Below, piece by piece: positions 62,659 to 64,000 of a stretch of 64,000 nt of DNA. The position numbers and the translations under genes are program-made. How positions within the stretch are numbered: position 1 is the first letter of the stretch; each line of letters begins with the position of its first letter. A model generated the notes under the pieces. It saw nothing but the letters and a program-made list of their open reading frames with translations. It was not told where the DNA came from and made no database searches. The DNA comes from Blastocatellia bacterium (GTDB lineage Bacteria; Acidobacteriota; Blastocatellia; Chloracidobacteriales; JADJPF01): assembly GCA_039812885.1 (NCBI GenBank), contig JBDIBI010000003.1, positions 143,237 to 207,236 on the forward strand, written 5' to 3'.

Positions 62659-64000
62659 CTACTTAGCTAATATTACTTTAGCTTGTTTAACAATTTCCTC
62701 AAGAGTTTCACCTGAAGCTTGGCGGGCTTGTATATAAAGAAGGCTATGACTAATAGAAAATAGTGGAGCAATTAAAAAGGCTAGTGACCCTGTAATAGAA
62801 AGTCCAAATAACCCTAAACAAACTGCTAGTACCTTTTCTTCTGGAGCTAAGTTACTGGTAAATAATTTATTTAGTGTCCAGACTAAAGTAGCAGATAAAA
62901 AACAAATATCAAATAAAAGCATATTTAGAATTAATCCTGCATATCCTTTAATATATTTAACTTGATTCATCAAAACTGTAGCACGGGATTTAGCGTCTTG
63001 TCTTTTTGTCCCTTCTAAAGTTTGTATAATTTCTAGAAAAGAATTTCTAGAAAATCTTGAACCAGATAAAAATAAAGCACTAAGGATAATCACTAGCAAC
63101 ATTAAACCAACAACAAAAAATATATAGAATGAAGATTCTGAAATAATGCTTTTTGTAAATATCGAGTTAACATAACTTAATTTCCAGAATATTGCTCCTA
63201 AAACTACTATATGAATTGGTAAACTAACTATATGATAAATAAAAGTTAAGCGATGCCTTTTCAATAAATTAAAAATAGAACTAACTGATAAGGGTGTCTT
63301 AGCATTATCAATATATTGCAAAACTAATGGTGCTATCACTGTTGCATTTGTTAAATTAGTAAAACGCATAGCAAAAATACTTAAAGGTATTGAAACCAAT
63401 AAACCAAAAGCAGAAAATGGTTTTTCAGAAATAGAAGGGAGTATTGGTAGAAGTATTGCTAAAAATAAACTAAGAATTAAAGGGCCATAAGCAATTTTAC
63501 TAGCTATTAATAAACTAAGAAAATTATTGCTGTAGATAGAAATTGCTTGACGAATCAATGAAATCTCCCCTTGAGATCTAGCCTTCAAGGTTGTAGCAAA
63601 AGCAATTGCACTCTTAGGACGATCCGCAGGATTTTTTGCTAGTGCAGTCATAACACATTCACTTACTGCTTCTGGAAAATCTTTTCTTTTCTCCTTAATT
63701 GCTATTGGGGGCATATTAGTATGTTTAGCTGTGAGTTCAGCGAGATTTCCTGTAAATGGAGTATCTCCAGTAATCATTTGATACGTGATTACTCCAATAC
63801 TATAAACATCCGAACTAGTATCTAGCGTTTTGCCATGACATTGCTCAGGAGACATATAAAGAGGCGTTCCTAAAATCATTCCTGCACGGGTTAACCAAAC
63901 TGGTACAGTTTCAGGTGAAACATTTCCATGTGTGACAACATCTTTTTTTATATCAATATTTGCGACTGATAAACCATCATTAATTTGGTAAAGTGTACTG
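62659..64000 (-). CDS. Ser/Thr kinase (C-lobe visible) fused to a C-terminal polytopic membrane domain; 5' end outside the window
   Basis: The listed ORF starts at the Met in GMILGTPLYMSPEQ, the kinase activation-segment/APE region. The minus-strand frame stays open with no stop to base 63999 (...THGNVSPETVPVWLTRAG-MILGTPLYMSPEQ). The C-terminal two thirds has about 7 hydrophobic helices. Confidence 0.75.
   Translation of the reverse strand, partial: STLYQINDGLSVANIDIKKDVVTHGNVSPETVPVWLTRAGMILGTPLYMSPEQCHGKTLDTSSDVYSIGVITYQMITGDTPFTGNLAELTAKHTNMPPIAIKEKRKDFPEAVSECVMTALAKNPADRPKSAIAFATTLKARSQGEISLIRQAISIYSNNFLSLLIASKIAYGPLILSLFLAILLPILPSISEKPFSAFGLLVSIPLSIFAMRFTNLTNATVIAPLVLQYIDNAKTPLSVSSIFNLLKRHRLTFIYHIVSLPIHIVVLGAIFWKLSYVNSIFTKSIISESSFYIFFVVGLMLLVIILSALFLSGSRFSRNSFLEIIQTLEGTKRQDAKSRATVLMNQVKYIKGYAGLILNMLLFDICFLSATLVWTLNKLFTSNLAPEEKVLAVCLGLFGLSITGSLAFLIAPLFSISHSLLYIQARQASGETLEEIVKQAKVILAK

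Noticed and set aside
7513-63879. Other 60-100-aa ORFs embedded in or antisense to confidently called genes. Examples: 7513-7695, 7667-7873, 8306-8488, 11547-11804, 12099-12299, 18043-18234, 18372-18572, 19214-19405, 21771-21968, 23167-23367, 23737-23985, 26975-27184, 27526-27756, 29662-29865, 33800-34075, 35099-35354, 35948-36208, 36635-36925, 36976-37161, 40873-41094, 46395-46613, 47089-47316, 47890-48078, 48364-48615, 50910-51179, 54477-54665, 55329-55574, 57809-58054, 60049-60261, 61299-61601, 61669-61881, 62098-62286.
   Set aside because: Each overlaps a longer ORF that has clear family motifs. None shows a motif or RBS of its own. I treated them as frame-shadow ORFs.
1-64000. Search for tRNA, rRNA, tmRNA, integrase, transposase or reverse-transcriptase genes, and for toxin-antitoxin-like small gene pairs.
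   Set aside because: I noticed no T-loop/acceptor-like tRNA signatures or rRNA-like segments in the intergenic regions. None of the ORF translations shows recombinase, transposase or RT motifs. Scanning by eye cannot exclude small RNAs.

Overview
This is an AT-rich bacterial chromosomal window with about 40 protein genes and no rRNA, tRNA or CRISPR that I could recognise. The gene content suggests an Acidobacteriota-like organism, by inference only: two VWA proteins with the N-terminal module I know as the VWFA-related acidobacterial domain, an Oar-like TonB-dependent receptor, SBBP beta-propeller repeats, and five Hanks-type Ser/Thr kinases. Housekeeping genes (aceE, pgi, aceK, hutI plus a fused formimidoyltransferase-cyclodeaminase, a crotonase, nusB, ribH, lpdA, hsp20, an acyl-CoA ligase and a thioesterase) are interspersed with signalling and envelope genes. 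The stand-out locus is a five-gene plus-strand cluster at 24.3-29.1 kb. It encodes a UBC-like E2, a JAMM/JAB peptidase and a two-domain ThiF/MoeB-type E1. These are preceded not by an obvious beta-grasp ubiquitin-like gene but by two paralogous Cys-rich (degenerate zinc-ribbon repeat) proteins with Gly-containing C-terminal tails (YYGG plus 19 aa; RFG plus LK). The cluster has a strong sigma70-like promoter overlapped by a perfect 15-bp inverted repeat. A 0.55-kb array of structured repeats interrupts it between E2 and JAB. The same repeat family (GC-rich 9-bp-stem hairpins, distinct left and right types) recurs at 20.0 kb and 41.9-42.1 kb, and its right-type hairpin always sits just 5' of a start codon. 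Other notable items: a tandem double-kinase protein, two very large orphan proteins at the window start, sensor-swapped paralogous kinases, a sigma54-type promoter upstream of hsp20, a promoter-to-terminator unit that may be an sRNA or leader, and an M16 peptidase homologue lacking the HxxEH zinc motif. All calls rest on reading motifs by eye. No database or structure searches could be run.
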